From positions 161,564 through 225,563 of the forward strand of contig JBFLZG010000126.1 in assembly GCA_040756235.1 (NCBI GenBank): 64,000 bases of DNA, given 5' to 3'. Position numbers and translations under genes: made by a program. The stretch's first letter is position 1. Every line of letters begins with the position of its first letter. The notes below the pieces were generated by a model. It worked only from the letters and a program-made list of their open reading frames with translations. It was not told the DNA's origin and made no database searches. This DNA is from a bacterium (GTDB lineage Bacteria; Desulfobacterota; DSWW01). Positions 1-9,418 of the stretch are shown here, piece after piece.

Positions 1-2
1 TG

Positions 3-1232
3 GTGGCAGGAGACGGCTGCGAGCCCTCTACCCGGTTTCGGCTTCTTTACGATACGCTCTCACGCAGCAACCCTGAGGACTACCGCTATCAGTCAGCTGT
101 GTTGAGCGGTTTCGTCGACAACGATCCGATCACGTTTCAGCTGACCGGCCTGTCCGCGAGCACTCGCTATTTCTACCGCATCGGATATGAGCCGCTGGGC
201 CAGGACTGGTCGTATCGGGACGAGTACAGCTTCCGCACCCGAAGGACGGCAGGCCAGAGCTTTCGATTTTGCGTGACCGCCGACATGCACGTGTATCCAT
301 ATCCGTTCTTCGTCAACGAAAGGATCCGGCAGAGGATCTTTCAGAACGTGCTTGCGGATGCTCCGGATGTCCTGTTCACCCTCGGGGACGACGTGTTCGT
401 CGCCTACCAGGGACCGGAGAATTATCCCTATCCGCCGGAAAAGTTCTCCGGAACCTTTCGCCGTGCACGGTCGATTTTGGACGCCGCCGGGCACTCGGTG
501 TTCGTCCTGCCGGTCCTCGGCAACCACGACGGGCTCTACGGGTTCACGGCCGGGTCCGCCGAGTACGCGTCGATCCGGGACTTGAGGTTCCGCTACTTTC
601 CTGTTCCCGGCGCCACGACCTTCCCCCAGGGCGGCGATCCGGACGGCCGCTACGGCGCGTTCACCTGGGGTGACGCCCTTTTCGTCTGGCTCGACATCCT
701 GGGATTTTGCGCGGTCGACCCTTATCTGTACGGAGCCGAGCACTACATCCTCGGGACGGAACAGCGTTCTTTCCTGCAGGGGGTTCTGTCCCAGTCCGCA
801 GCCCCATGGAAGTTCGTCTTCGCCCATCACATTTTCGGGGGAGACGACGACGGCTGGGCCGCGTACGGGCGCGGCAATGCCAATGACGCGCACGCCTACC
901 AGCAGGCCGAGATCCAGACCCTCATGCTGCAGTACGGGGCCCGTGTGTTCTTTTACGGACACGACCACGTCTTCTCTCACAGCAAGGCGGACGGGGTCTC
1001 TTACCTCTGCGCGGGAAACGCCGGAAGCGGTTGCCCCTGGGTGGCCGAGCTGCTCGAAAACTATCCCCCTTACGAGCTCTTCTACACCGACGCGGATGGC
1101 GGCGTTCCTCCGGGGCACGTTCGCGCCGACGTGAATGCCGTAACAGGAGCCGTGACTCTGTCCTACATTCTGGCGTCGTTGGAAGGCGACAACGGGACGG
1201 TGCTCGCGACCTTCACTCTCTCGCAGCCGTGA
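3..1232 (+). CDS. Purple acid phosphatase-like metallophosphoesterase with an N-terminal FN3-like region; probably 5'-truncated by the window edge
   Basis: Calcineurin-like motifs TADMH, TLGDD, GNHD, AHH, GHDH; FN3-like LTGLSASTRYFYRI; ORF runs to the window start. Confidence 0.85.
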   Translation: MAGDGCEPSTRFRLLYDTLSRSNPEDYRYQSAVLSGFVDNDPITFQLTGLSASTRYFYRIGYEPLGQDWSYRDEYSFRTRRTAGQSFRFCVTADMHVYPYPFFVNERIRQRIFQNVLADAPDVLFTLGDDVFVAYQGPENYPYPPEKFSGTFRRARSILDAAGHSVFVLPVLGNHDGLYGFTAGSAEYASIRDLRFRYFPVPGATTFPQGGDPDGRYGAFTWGDALFVWLDILGFCAVDPYLYGAEHYILGTEQRSFLQGVLSQSAAPWKFVFAHHIFGGDDDGWAAYGRGNANDAHAYQQAEIQTLMLQYGARVFFYGHDHVFSHSKADGVSYLCAGNAGSGCPWVAELLENYPPYELFYTDADGGVPPGHVRADVNAVTGAVTLSYILASLEGDNGTVLATFTLSQP

Positions 1233-1332
1233 TCCGGCGGGGGAATAGGCTCGCGCTCCAGCGATTGCCCGGAGATTTCTGCGCCTCGCTCGCAGCAGGC
1301 TCCGCAGTTCGGCTGTTGTGGACAGTCTCCGG

Positions 1333-1422
1333 TCAGAAGAGCTTCGAATTGAGCAACAGGCCGAGCAGCAGACAGGCCAGGTAGACCAGGGCGACGAGGA
1401 GAAAAGCGGTCTTTCCGGACAC
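1333..1422 (-). CDS. Putative 29-aa single-TM small protein (MSGKTAFLLVALVYLACLLLGLLLNSKLF)
   Basis: Read manually; GTG start 3 nt after the upstream stop, AAGGG about 7 nt upstream; one hydrophobic stretch; not in the ORF track. Confidence 0.5.
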   Translation of the reverse strand: MSGKTAFLLVALVYLACLLLGLLLNSKLF

Positions 1423-1425
1423 CTC

Positions 1426-1578
1426 TCAGCCCTTCATGAAGACCTTGAAGAAAACATCCAGCACGAGAGACAAGATCGGGCTGATCAGGATCACCAAACC
1501 GATCAGTGCGGCCGTTGCGAGCAGGACCGTCCCGAGCCTCTTGACCATTCCCAGATATCGTTGCGTCATCCGTTCCAT
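1426..1578 (-). CDS. Putative 50-aa small membrane protein (MERMTQRYLGMVKRLGTVLLATAALIGLVILISPILSLVLDVFFKVFMKG)
   Basis: C-terminal end of ORF 1426..2259; ATG 20 nt after the hydrolase stop with GAGGA upstream; long hydrophobic segment. Confidence 0.6.
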   Translation of the reverse strand: MERMTQRYLGMVKRLGTVLLATAALIGLVILISPILSLVLDVFFKVFMKG

Positions 1579-1598
1579 CGTCCTCGCAGGTGATAGGT

Positions 1599-2576
1599 CT
1601 ATCGGGCTGCTGCATCCCGCGCCGCCGCGGCGCCCGGAGCCAGCAGGAAATCGAGCAAGCAACGGGTCGTCACCTCCGGCTTCTCCAACATGGGCAGGTG
1701 GCCGCAGGCCGGGATGACGTTCAAGGTCGCGTGCTCGAGCCTGCGCTCGAGAAGGCGGCCGTGCTCGACCGGAATCACGGCGTCCGCCTCGCCCCAGATG
1801 AGGCAGGTGGGCTGCCGGATCCGCTCCAGGGGCCATTCGCCTTCTTCCTCCGAGCTCAGGCTTTCCAGGGTCCGCGCCAACATGCGGGAGAAGCCCTCCA
1901 TTCTTCGAAGCTCGTAGGCGTGCTCGATCCACTGGGGGGCCACCACCTCCGGGTCGAAGAACATCCTGTCCTTGCCCCTCCGCTCGATCCCCCTCGAGGG
2001 CACCAGGGTCAAGAGCTCTGACAAAATGCAGATCGTCTTCCAGAGTCGCGGTCTGCGTCTGGCGAAGCGGCGGGCGGCCTTGAGCCTGTCCGGCATGTAG
2101 GCCGGCGAGCTGCTGCCGATGAGAACCAGCCTGTGCACGCGGTCGGGATGGGTCAGGGCCACGCACAGGGACAGTAGCCCTCCCATGGAGCTCCCGACGA
2201 GGTCCGCGGACTCCACTCCGATCGCATTCAGGAAACCCGCCACGCACGACGCAAAGCAATCGATCCCATAGCCCACGTCCGGCTTGTCCGAGTATCCATG
2301 GCCGAGCAGGTCGAGGGCCAAAACATGGAAATGCTCGGACAGCGGTCGGATCTGGTTGGACCAGATGGAAAGCGAGGTGGCGAAGCCGTGGACCAGAACG
2401 ACCGGGCGGCCTTGCCCGGCGCTGACGAAGCAGATGTCATGGCCGTCCACCCGGACCGTGCGCAGAGGAAGGTCTTCGGCCCACCAGAGCCGGTCCGGCC
2501 TGGGCTCTTTTCGAGAGGCCGCTCTGGCGATCCCGGAGACCATTCGCTCGAGCCACAGGGGGCCGACCGCACTCAT
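1599..2576 (-). CDS. Alpha/beta fold hydrolase
   Basis: LVHGF oxyanion motif, DLLGHGYSD, nucleophile GSSMG, WGEAD, GHLP; start moved to ATG 2576. Confidence 0.9.
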   Translation of the reverse strand: MSAVGPLWLERMVSGIARAASRKEPRPDRLWWAEDLPLRTVRVDGHDICFVSAGQGRPVVLVHGFATSLSIWSNQIRPLSEHFHVLALDLLGHGYSDKPDVGYGIDCFASCVAGFLNAIGVESADLVGSSMGGLLSLCVALTHPDRVHRLVLIGSSSPAYMPDRLKAARRFARRRPRLWKTICILSELLTLVPSRGIERRGKDRMFFDPEVVAPQWIEHAYELRRMEGFSRMLARTLESLSSEEEGEWPLERIRQPTCLIWGEADAVIPVEHGRLLERRLEHATLNVIPACGHLPMLEKPEVTTRCLLDFLLAPGAAAARDAAAR

Positions 2577-3155
2577 GTGACACTCGTTGCGCCGTGAAAA
2601 GGAATCGGGAAAGACGACGCGCACGGCGGGATCCGTACGACTGCCGCCGGCCCTTCCCTGTCCTTTCAGCTTGCGAAAGAAGGAGGGCGGAGACGGGACG
2701 GCGGGCGAGCAGGGCCATCCTAGTGGAACGCCCGCTCGGGTGTCAAACCTACCAGAGATCGAAAGACGCTCGCCCGCAGTTTCCCTCCGCTGGCATCCCC
2801 GCCCCTCATTCCAGCCTTGCACGGACGCTCCAGCGGACTGCTTCTGGGTGAACCGAGACGGGGCGCTGAGACCTGAACCCTTGAATTCAGCGCTCAGCGC
2901 CTCCGTCCGCTCCGGAGCTTGAACGCGCGCTTCGGCCATCCTGACGGGCCTTGACCGCCCGCAACCGCAGGTCGCCCCTCCGCAGCTCAGTGACAATTTG
3001 CGGCCGTTGCTGAAAAAAATGGGCCCCCTAACCCATGCTGCGGAAAATTCCGGCTCACGCCTCGGCGCCGGAAAGCAGCTTGGCACTCCCGGAAAACCTT
3101 GTCAGTTAAAGCCGTTGCGTAAGAGCGCCCACTCGTCTCCGCTGCGGTTCAAACC

Positions 3156-3171
3156 TGGTATTCCACTTGCA
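3156..3171 (+). promoter_or_regulatory. Candidate sigma-54 (-24/-12) promoter
   Basis: TGGTATTCCACTTGCA has exact GG-N10-GC spacing, 48 nt upstream of the GTG at 3220. Confidence 0.55.
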
Positions 3172-3219
3172 GAACGACCCCCAGCAGAGGGACGCCCACT
3201 TCGCAAACGGAGGACTCCT

Positions 3220-4815
3220 GTGTCGACGGCCAATCTGAGACGCTTCATCGTGTTGGGCTTCATCGCTGCCGGTATTGTGGCCTGCAGCGGCGGATCGGGC
3301 CACATCTCATCATCCTCATCCGGCGATGATTACAGCGGCGCTCCTTCCGGAGACCCGCTTCCGGAGGACCTCCCGAACTCGCAGGCTTTCATCGGGCTGG
3401 CACCTGATCACAGACACTTCCAGTTCCGCGACGGCACGCCCTTCGTCCCGGTCGGCCACAACGACTGGACGGACCTGCGGCTCTTCCTGGACACGGACCG
3501 CCTGGAGCCATACCTGTCGTTCATGAAACAAAACGGCGAGAACGTGCTCAGGCTCGTGCTGGACAGCTACGGGTTGAACGCAGACAGCCGATATCAGAAC
3601 CGGGTGGAGACCCGAGTCGGTGAATTCAACCCGGACCTCGTCGCGGCCCTGGACAACCTGACCCGGGCTGCGGAGCGCCACGGGGTCTATCTCCTGATTG
3701 CCGTCTGGTGCGTCTATGAAAACGTGAACTGGCCGCGGCACCCCTACAATGTCCGCTACGACGCCGAGAAAGGTCTCGTGGAGAACCCGGACGACCTGCT
3801 GGAAGACCCGCGAGCGATCGAGGCGGCGAAGAACAGGATGCGTTTCTTCATCGAGAGATGGGGCTCCAGCCCCAGCATCTTCGCCTGGGAGCTGTGGAAC
3901 GAATTCAACGTGATGGGCACGACGGAGCAGCGCAACCGCTGGCTTCAGGAGATCGGAAGCTTCGCGAGGAAGCTCGAGACGGACTTGTACGGTCAGCATC
4001 ACCTGCGAACGGCCTCGGCGAACAACGCGGGCTGGGGCTCCGGCGAGGAAGGGATCTTCAATTCCCCGGAGCTGGACTTCACCTCCTATCACACTTACGA
4101 CACCTTCGGGTTGGTGGGAATCCGTCCGTATTCGGGTATTCCGCAGGCGTCGCCACTCGACCCGATTCTGTACCTTCGATTCATTCGCGAGAGCGCGCGC
4201 GTGGCCGGGGACAAGTCCGCCGCGCGGCCGATCCTCGGCACCGAGGACGTGGGCATCGTCACGGATCCCGGCAGCGTGTTCCCTCCCTTCGATCAGCCTT
4301 TCAGGAGCTATACCGGGGAGCAGTTGGTCGACTTCTTCATCGGCACCGAATGGGCGGGTTGGATGGGAGGCGGGGCCGGGCCCAGCTTGCGCTGGCCTTG
4401 CACTCCGGCATACGGTGAAGGAGACGCGCAAGGTTACAGGGCGCTCAGCCTCGAGATGTACGACGCTCAGAAGGCCCTGAGAAGGATCGCGGCCACGCTG
4501 GACTGGAGAACGTTTGCGCCCGAGCCTGCCGACGAAGCGGTCGGGACGCGGGATTCAGACCGCTTCCTGTGCATGGCGCTGCGAGACGGGGGTACGGTCC
4601 TCGGATGGGTCCTGAATACCGATCCGGCCTTTTCCCGCCAGGAGGTGCGCACGCAGGTAGCCTTCCGGTCTCTGGCGGCGCGCCCCTACCGGATCGAATG
4701 GTTCGACATGAGGACCGGAGACGCGCTGCAGGTCGATTTCGCACAAGGACCCGAGCTCACGCTTTCCACGCCGCCGTTCCGGACCTTCGTGGCCTTCAAG
4801 GCACAAAGCGGCTGA
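3220..4815 (+). CDS. Lipoprotein glycoside hydrolase, clan GH-A (GH5-like), with a C-terminal beta domain
   Basis: GGAGGA RBS then GTG; lipobox IVAC followed by an S/G-rich linker; FAWELWNEF acid/base motif; SYHTY; GTE. Confidence 0.75.
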   Translation: MSTANLRRFIVLGFIAAGIVACSGGSGHISSSSSGDDYSGAPSGDPLPEDLPNSQAFIGLAPDHRHFQFRDGTPFVPVGHNDWTDLRLFLDTDRLEPYLSFMKQNGENVLRLVLDSYGLNADSRYQNRVETRVGEFNPDLVAALDNLTRAAERHGVYLLIAVWCVYENVNWPRHPYNVRYDAEKGLVENPDDLLEDPRAIEAAKNRMRFFIERWGSSPSIFAWELWNEFNVMGTTEQRNRWLQEIGSFARKLETDLYGQHHLRTASANNAGWGSGEEGIFNSPELDFTSYHTYDTFGLVGIRPYSGIPQASPLDPILYLRFIRESARVAGDKSAARPILGTEDVGIVTDPGSVFPPFDQPFRSYTGEQLVDFFIGTEWAGWMGGGAGPSLRWPCTPAYGEGDAQGYRALSLEMYDAQKALRRIAATLDWRTFAPEPADEAVGTRDSDRFLCMALRDGGTVLGWVLNTDPAFSRQEVRTQVAFRSLAARPYRIEWFDMRTGDALQVDFAQGPELTLSTPPFRTFVAFKAQSG

Positions 4816-4919
4816 TGTGAGCAAGCGGGCGCCGACCTCCCGCAAACGCAACCGATCTTCCGATTCGAGCCGCTCCCCGGCAGGCGGCCTCCCGCGCGAC
4901 CGGTTCACTGTGGCGATAT

Positions 4920-6683
4920 TCAAGGAACCTCGTAGATGACGACCTCTCCGCCTCGGAGCGAGGAGGCGACCCGCCAGTCGGGCTTGACCGACTTCTCTAT
5001 GTCCGGATAGTTCACGAACGTTGAATATTTCGCAACCGGCTCCCGCAGCTGGATCATGAGGCTGCGGGCACGTCGATTGTAGACCAGGTAGGCCCCCCGG
5101 AGGCTTGCCAGGTCAACCCCTTCGAAGCTGACGAAACGTTCCGGCTCTCGATACGCGGTCAGGAAATCGAGGAACTTCTTCATCCTGGGGTCCACGTACG
5201 TGACCTTGGGGGGTAGCTCACGGAGGGCGCGGAAGGCTTCTTTCTCCAGGCTCGGGAAGGCACGGGTGCCGATCAGACAGAAGGAGACCGAGGAGAGGGC
5301 GAGGAAACCGGCTGCGAGCACAGGCAGGAGCTGCGTGAGCCATCTCTCCCGGCCGGTCCTCTCGCCGACCCAGGCGCGGCTCGCCGCCAAGCCGAAGAAC
5401 ACGGCGCAGGCCGCTGCCGACATTGCCAGGTAGGCGGTAAAGAGCCCGATGACGATTTCCAGACTGGCTCGATCGAGCAGCGGGGTCTTCAGGCGGAACA
5501 GGGCTGCGAGCGCCCCGACGACAGGTTCCCGGAAGACCGTGCTGGCGCCTGCGGCAACGAGACCGGTGGCGGCGAGAGCCACGAAGATGAAAAGGGCGGC
5601 CTTGCGCGAGCGGGTGCGCTCGAGGAAGGTCCACCTCCCGGTATCCTCGAGAAGCCGAGCGACCAAGAGCACGCCCGGGACCGAGATGAGATAGGTCCCC
5701 CGCGAGTAGAAAGGAAGCCGGGCCCCTTGGATCGAGCTGAGGTTGATCAGGACGGCGAGCAGGGCCCACCAGAAGAGCGGGAGGGCCAGCTCGCTCGGCC
5801 TTTTCAGCAGGCAATAGAAGAACGCGGGAAAAATGAACCAATAGAAGAAGCCGAGCTGCAACGAAATCAGGCTGCCGAGCGGGAAGGTCCAGAAGAGACG
5901 CTTCAGGGAGCCGAACAGGCCTCCACTCCATTCCAGAATGGCGCCGCTTCTGGCCGTGAGAATGTCGGCCTGGCGCGCGTAGTAGTGGAGGTGGAAGAAG
6001 GGGTCCCCGTTCAGGCGGTCGTTGACCCAGAGGTCGAAGAGGAAGACCAGCAGGAAGCCGCAGGCCAGGAAGGCATGACGCCAGAGAATCTCACGGCTGC
6101 GGAGCATGTCCGCGATACCCACGGCAGCGAAGAAGACGCAGAGATAGCCTGCCGAGACCTTGTGCAGGTAAGCGACTCCGACGGCCAGGCCGGCCAAAAG
6201 GCTCACCAGGAATGCCGTCCGTCGCGAGGGATTCTCAGCGGCGTACACGAACAGCAGCACACTCAGGGTACAGAAGAAATTCAGCGGGGAGTCTTCGTAG
6301 ATGCGGGTGGCGAACAGGACGTCGAGAGGAAAGACCGCAAACAGAAAAGACGCATACAGGGCCCCGCGGCGGCCGACCCAGCGCAGGGCGAGCCTGTACA
6401 CGAGAAAAACCGTCAGAATGCTGGCAACCAGGGGATAGAGCGTGAGCGAGATCTCGGAAAATCCGAGCAGCTTGATCACCGAGGTGGTCGCGCCCAGGAA
6501 CCCGGTTCTCGTGAGGAAGCCCACCCACAGCTCGTCCCCCTCGTAGGCCGGCCACGAGCCTTCACTGATCTGATGCAGCAGCTCCGATCTCTTGGTGTCG
6601 TCATAGGCGCCGGTGTAACCGGAGAAGGCGATGATTCTCAGGAGGAGAGCAAAGAGCAGGATGAGGAGCAGGGGCTTGTTCAT
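4920..6683 (-). CDS. ArnT/PMT-like GT-C fold membrane glycosyltransferase
   Basis: Many TM helices; acidic YDD after TM1; typical LYASFLFAVFPLDV and GVAYLHK segments; upstream ATG at 6719 also possible. Confidence 0.75.
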   Translation of the reverse strand: MNKPLLLILLFALLLRIIAFSGYTGAYDDTKRSELLHQISEGSWPAYEGDELWVGFLTRTGFLGATTSVIKLLGFSEISLTLYPLVASILTVFLVYRLALRWVGRRGALYASFLFAVFPLDVLFATRIYEDSPLNFFCTLSVLLFVYAAENPSRRTAFLVSLLAGLAVGVAYLHKVSAGYLCVFFAAVGIADMLRSREILWRHAFLACGFLLVFLFDLWVNDRLNGDPFFHLHYYARQADILTARSGAILEWSGGLFGSLKRLFWTFPLGSLISLQLGFFYWFIFPAFFYCLLKRPSELALPLFWWALLAVLINLSSIQGARLPFYSRGTYLISVPGVLLVARLLEDTGRWTFLERTRSRKAALFIFVALAATGLVAAGASTVFREPVVGALAALFRLKTPLLDRASLEIVIGLFTAYLAMSAAACAVFFGLAASRAWVGERTGRERWLTQLLPVLAAGFLALSSVSFCLIGTRAFPSLEKEAFRALRELPPKVTYVDPRMKKFLDFLTAYREPERFVSFEGVDLASLRGAYLVYNRRARSLMIQLREPVAKYSTFVNYPDIEKSVKPDWRVASSLRGGEVVIYEVP

Positions 6684-6869
6684 GGATCCCGCGCGGAAGC
6701 CTTGATTCCCGATTCTCATTTGCCTATCTTGGAAAAGGCGCGCCTGGCTCGTTACGGACAGCCTCCTAACAGATCCGGGCGGTCCCGGTCAAGGCGGTCA
6801 TCGCATTCCCTGGCCGCCAAGGGGGTTTCGCGTATTTCCCACGCGTATTTCCCACTGGCCTGGAAGGCC

Positions 6870-7277
6870 ATGAAGAAATCTATCCTGATCCCCATTGTCC
6901 TCCTCCTCCTCGGGTGCGGCTCCGAGGACGTCGAGTTCGAGGGGGATGACGCTCCCACCATCTCTACGGTCGAGCTGGATCCCACCGTCTTTCCCGCGGG
7001 CTCCGGGGAGAGGATTCTGCACGGGATCTTCCTGTACGTCGACCCGAATGCCGACCTCGAAGCCGGAGTGTTCCTCACGCGGGCTTGCGGACAGGGGGCC
7101 GAGGTGGGCCGGGAGGTTCCTTTCGACAGCATCGACGACCGGACGACGGGCGTCTTCGTGGTTTCCCTGGCAATCGATACGGACTGCGAGGCGGGCCCTT
7201 ACTCGGGCCGATTCCACGCGGTCGATGAGCGCGGAAACCGCTCCAACGACGTGGATATCGAGTACGTGCTCCAGTGA
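6870..7277 (+). CDS. Hypothetical lipoprotein
   Basis: MKKSILIPIVLLLLGC signal peptide with lipobox; acidic beta-rich mature part; the 5' part of ORF 5727..7277 is a shadow frame. Confidence 0.75.
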   Translation: MKKSILIPIVLLLLGCGSEDVEFEGDDAPTISTVELDPTVFPAGSGERILHGIFLYVDPNADLEAGVFLTRACGQGAEVGREVPFDSIDDRTTGVFVVSLAIDTDCEAGPYSGRFHAVDERGNRSNDVDIEYVLQ

Positions 7278-7302
7278 GCGGCGGCGGCTGGAGAAACAGC
7301 CT

Positions 7303-9051
7303 TCATGGCAAGGGTTCGATGAAGATCGGATATTCCCCGAGCTCGAGCACGAGCTTGCCGGCACGCGCTTCCAGGTCCTCGGTGGCGGGCTCGGCGACTT
7401 CGATTTCCCGGATGATGTGAGTCAGCCTTGCGCGTTGCCGGGCGAACGGGATCTCGACCCGGGCCGAGCCGACCGGCACATCGTGGTTCTGGGCAAGATG
7501 GTCGTCGTAGAAGGCGACCAGGACCTTCTTCCCGTCCCGCACGACGCACTCATACACGTAGACCTTGTCGGGCATCGGGATGCGGGTGCAGGACCGGAAT
7601 CCATCGAGCTTGCGGATCAACAGCCCGTATGTGTAAGCGGCAGGCCAGGGCTTCTGCGAGCTCCAGCTCCAGAGCCCTGAGAAGCTGAGGTTGGTGCCCG
7701 CCGTCAGCCGTTTCTGGAGGTCCACCGCGTACCCGACCATCAGCCTGTCGGCTCCGGCGCTGAGGGCTGCCATGCAGCTCTTGACGAGGTGTGCGGCCTG
7801 CATGCCGCGGTACCATGCGTTGACCGCCGCGTAATCCTTGTGACCGGGGCGGGCCAGGATCTTGCGGTACTCCAGGCTCCTCGCCGGCGCGGGGTAATTC
7901 GTGATGGAAGCCGCGTTCTTGCCCTCCAGCGGGAGATTGCTCGCAATCTCGGCGCTCCAGACCTGTTTGCCCCGGCAGCCCAGCTCTTGCAGGAGGTTCC
8001 GGCACTGAACGATCTTGCCGAAGCTCGGCCCTCTGGCGTCCACCACGTCATAGAGATCGCAGGCACGCATGCTCTTCTTGCTGAAATCATCCGCACGCTC
8101 CACGGCCGCTTGCAGGCGTTCGTTCTCTTTGACTCCGGCGATGCGATTCTCCACGTAGGCCTTGGTGACCGGGTCCATCTCGTCATCGTAGAAGCCGCGG
8201 AATTCGCCGAAGGACACCCCTGAGAGGACGATGCGGACGTCCGGATGGGCTTGGCGGGCCGCCTCGAGGGTTTCCCTGAGGAGCGTCCCATAATCCTCGA
8301 CCGTGCCGCCCCAGAAGATCTCGTTGCAGTATTCGTTTCCCAGCTGATAGTAAAGGACGGGAAAGCGGAGGCCCGGCATGTCGTCCACGCCGTCACCGTC
8401 GTAACGCTCGACCAGAGTGTGGATGTAATGCCTGTAGTCGTCCGCATATTCGGGCTTGGGAAGGTTGTCGCTGAGCTTGTTCTTGGTGTACCACTCGACG
8501 AGACCTCCCGTGTAAACGTAGACCTCGTCCTTGGGAGGCGCCTTGGCCCAACCGGAGCCGGTGCTCAAGCCGATCAGAATGTGCACGCCGTACTGCTGCC
8601 ACTGCCGCACCCCATCATCCAGGCCGGACCAGTCATAGACATGCACGCCGTCTTTCGGAGGCTTCTGCTCGATCCAGTCCCACTGCACTCTGGCAAAGGT
8701 GACCCAACGAACGCCGATCAGGCCTCCGAGGCTGTCCGCGATGGCGGGCGTCCGGTTGCGCTCTCCCAGAATGAAGACATAGTCCAGGCCAAAGGGGGAC
8801 GACCAGCCCTCCTCCACATACCGTTTCCAGGCCGATGCGTCCGAAGGGTCCGGGCGCAGCAGGGGCTGCACCGGCGCGATGCCTTGCGGAGATTTCGGCA
8901 GGAGCGTGGCGGCCCCCGCAGAGCGCTGCTGTGGGTCTGGCTCCGCCCCTAGGCAGGTCGATGAGGACACGAAGAGGAGCGAAACCAGCAGCCACGTCGG
9001 CCACGGAGGCGACCGCCGCCCAACACGCCGTGCTCGGTGAGGAGAATTCAC
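7303..9051 (-). CDS. Secreted clan GH-A-like glycoside hydrolase (GH39/GH5-like)
   Basis: GGAAGGA RBS; signal-like N-terminus; WDWIEQ..YDWSGLD, VERYDGDG, YYQLGNEY, VWSAE motifs. Confidence 0.7.
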   Translation of the reverse strand: MNSPHRARRVGRRSPPWPTWLLVSLLFVSSSTCLGAEPDPQQRSAGAATLLPKSPQGIAPVQPLLRPDPSDASAWKRYVEEGWSSPFGLDYVFILGERNRTPAIADSLGGLIGVRWVTFARVQWDWIEQKPPKDGVHVYDWSGLDDGVRQWQQYGVHILIGLSTGSGWAKAPPKDEVYVYTGGLVEWYTKNKLSDNLPKPEYADDYRHYIHTLVERYDGDGVDDMPGLRFPVLYYQLGNEYCNEIFWGGTVEDYGTLLRETLEAARQAHPDVRIVLSGVSFGEFRGFYDDEMDPVTKAYVENRIAGVKENERLQAAVERADDFSKKSMRACDLYDVVDARGPSFGKIVQCRNLLQELGCRGKQVWSAEIASNLPLEGKNAASITNYPAPARSLEYRKILARPGHKDYAAVNAWYRGMQAAHLVKSCMAALSAGADRLMVGYAVDLQKRLTAGTNLSFSGLWSWSSQKPWPAAYTYGLLIRKLDGFRSCTRIPMPDKVYVYECVVRDGKKVLVAFYDDHLAQNHDVPVGSARVEIPFARQRARLTHIIREIEVAEPATEDLEARAGKLVLELGEYPIFIEPLP

Positions 9052-9243
9052 CTGGTCCTTCCGATCCCTTCTCCCGCCGGCAGCCTTGCATGAGAAAGCC
9101 GGGGGGGGAAGGCAAGTTTGTTGGCGATGCTTGTGGAATCTCTCGACCCCGCAGACGGAGCCCTCCTCTAAGTAATGGAACCTCGATCTCCTGTCAACCT
9201 GGACCCGTACGGGTTTCGTTTCTCAGCGACAACCAATTTTTTC

Positions 9244-9271
9244 TTGTCTGCGGGCGAACGTGTCGTATAAT
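9244..9271 (+). promoter_or_regulatory. Candidate sigma-70 promoter of the glycan operon
   Basis: TTGTCT-N16-TATAAT; perfect -10 box in an AT-richer intergenic region. Confidence 0.6.
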
Positions 9272-9418
9272 GAGTCGCCTTGTGGTTCTGGAGCAGGATC
9301 AGGAATCCGTGCTCCCTTCCGCTGTCCCGGCACGAGCAGCTTGACGACGGTCCCCTTCGCCAGCCTATCCGTCGGCCGAAGGTCTGAACCGGAAAACAAT
9401 CGAGGCTAGGAATCTGCC

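Noticed and set aside
2998..3219. N-terminal extension of the GH lipoprotein
   Set aside because: RBS and lipoprotein signal start at GTG 3220; the extension covers the promoter
9085..9105. Minus-strand sigma-54-like site before the GH at 9051
   Set aside because: GG-GC spacing is one base short
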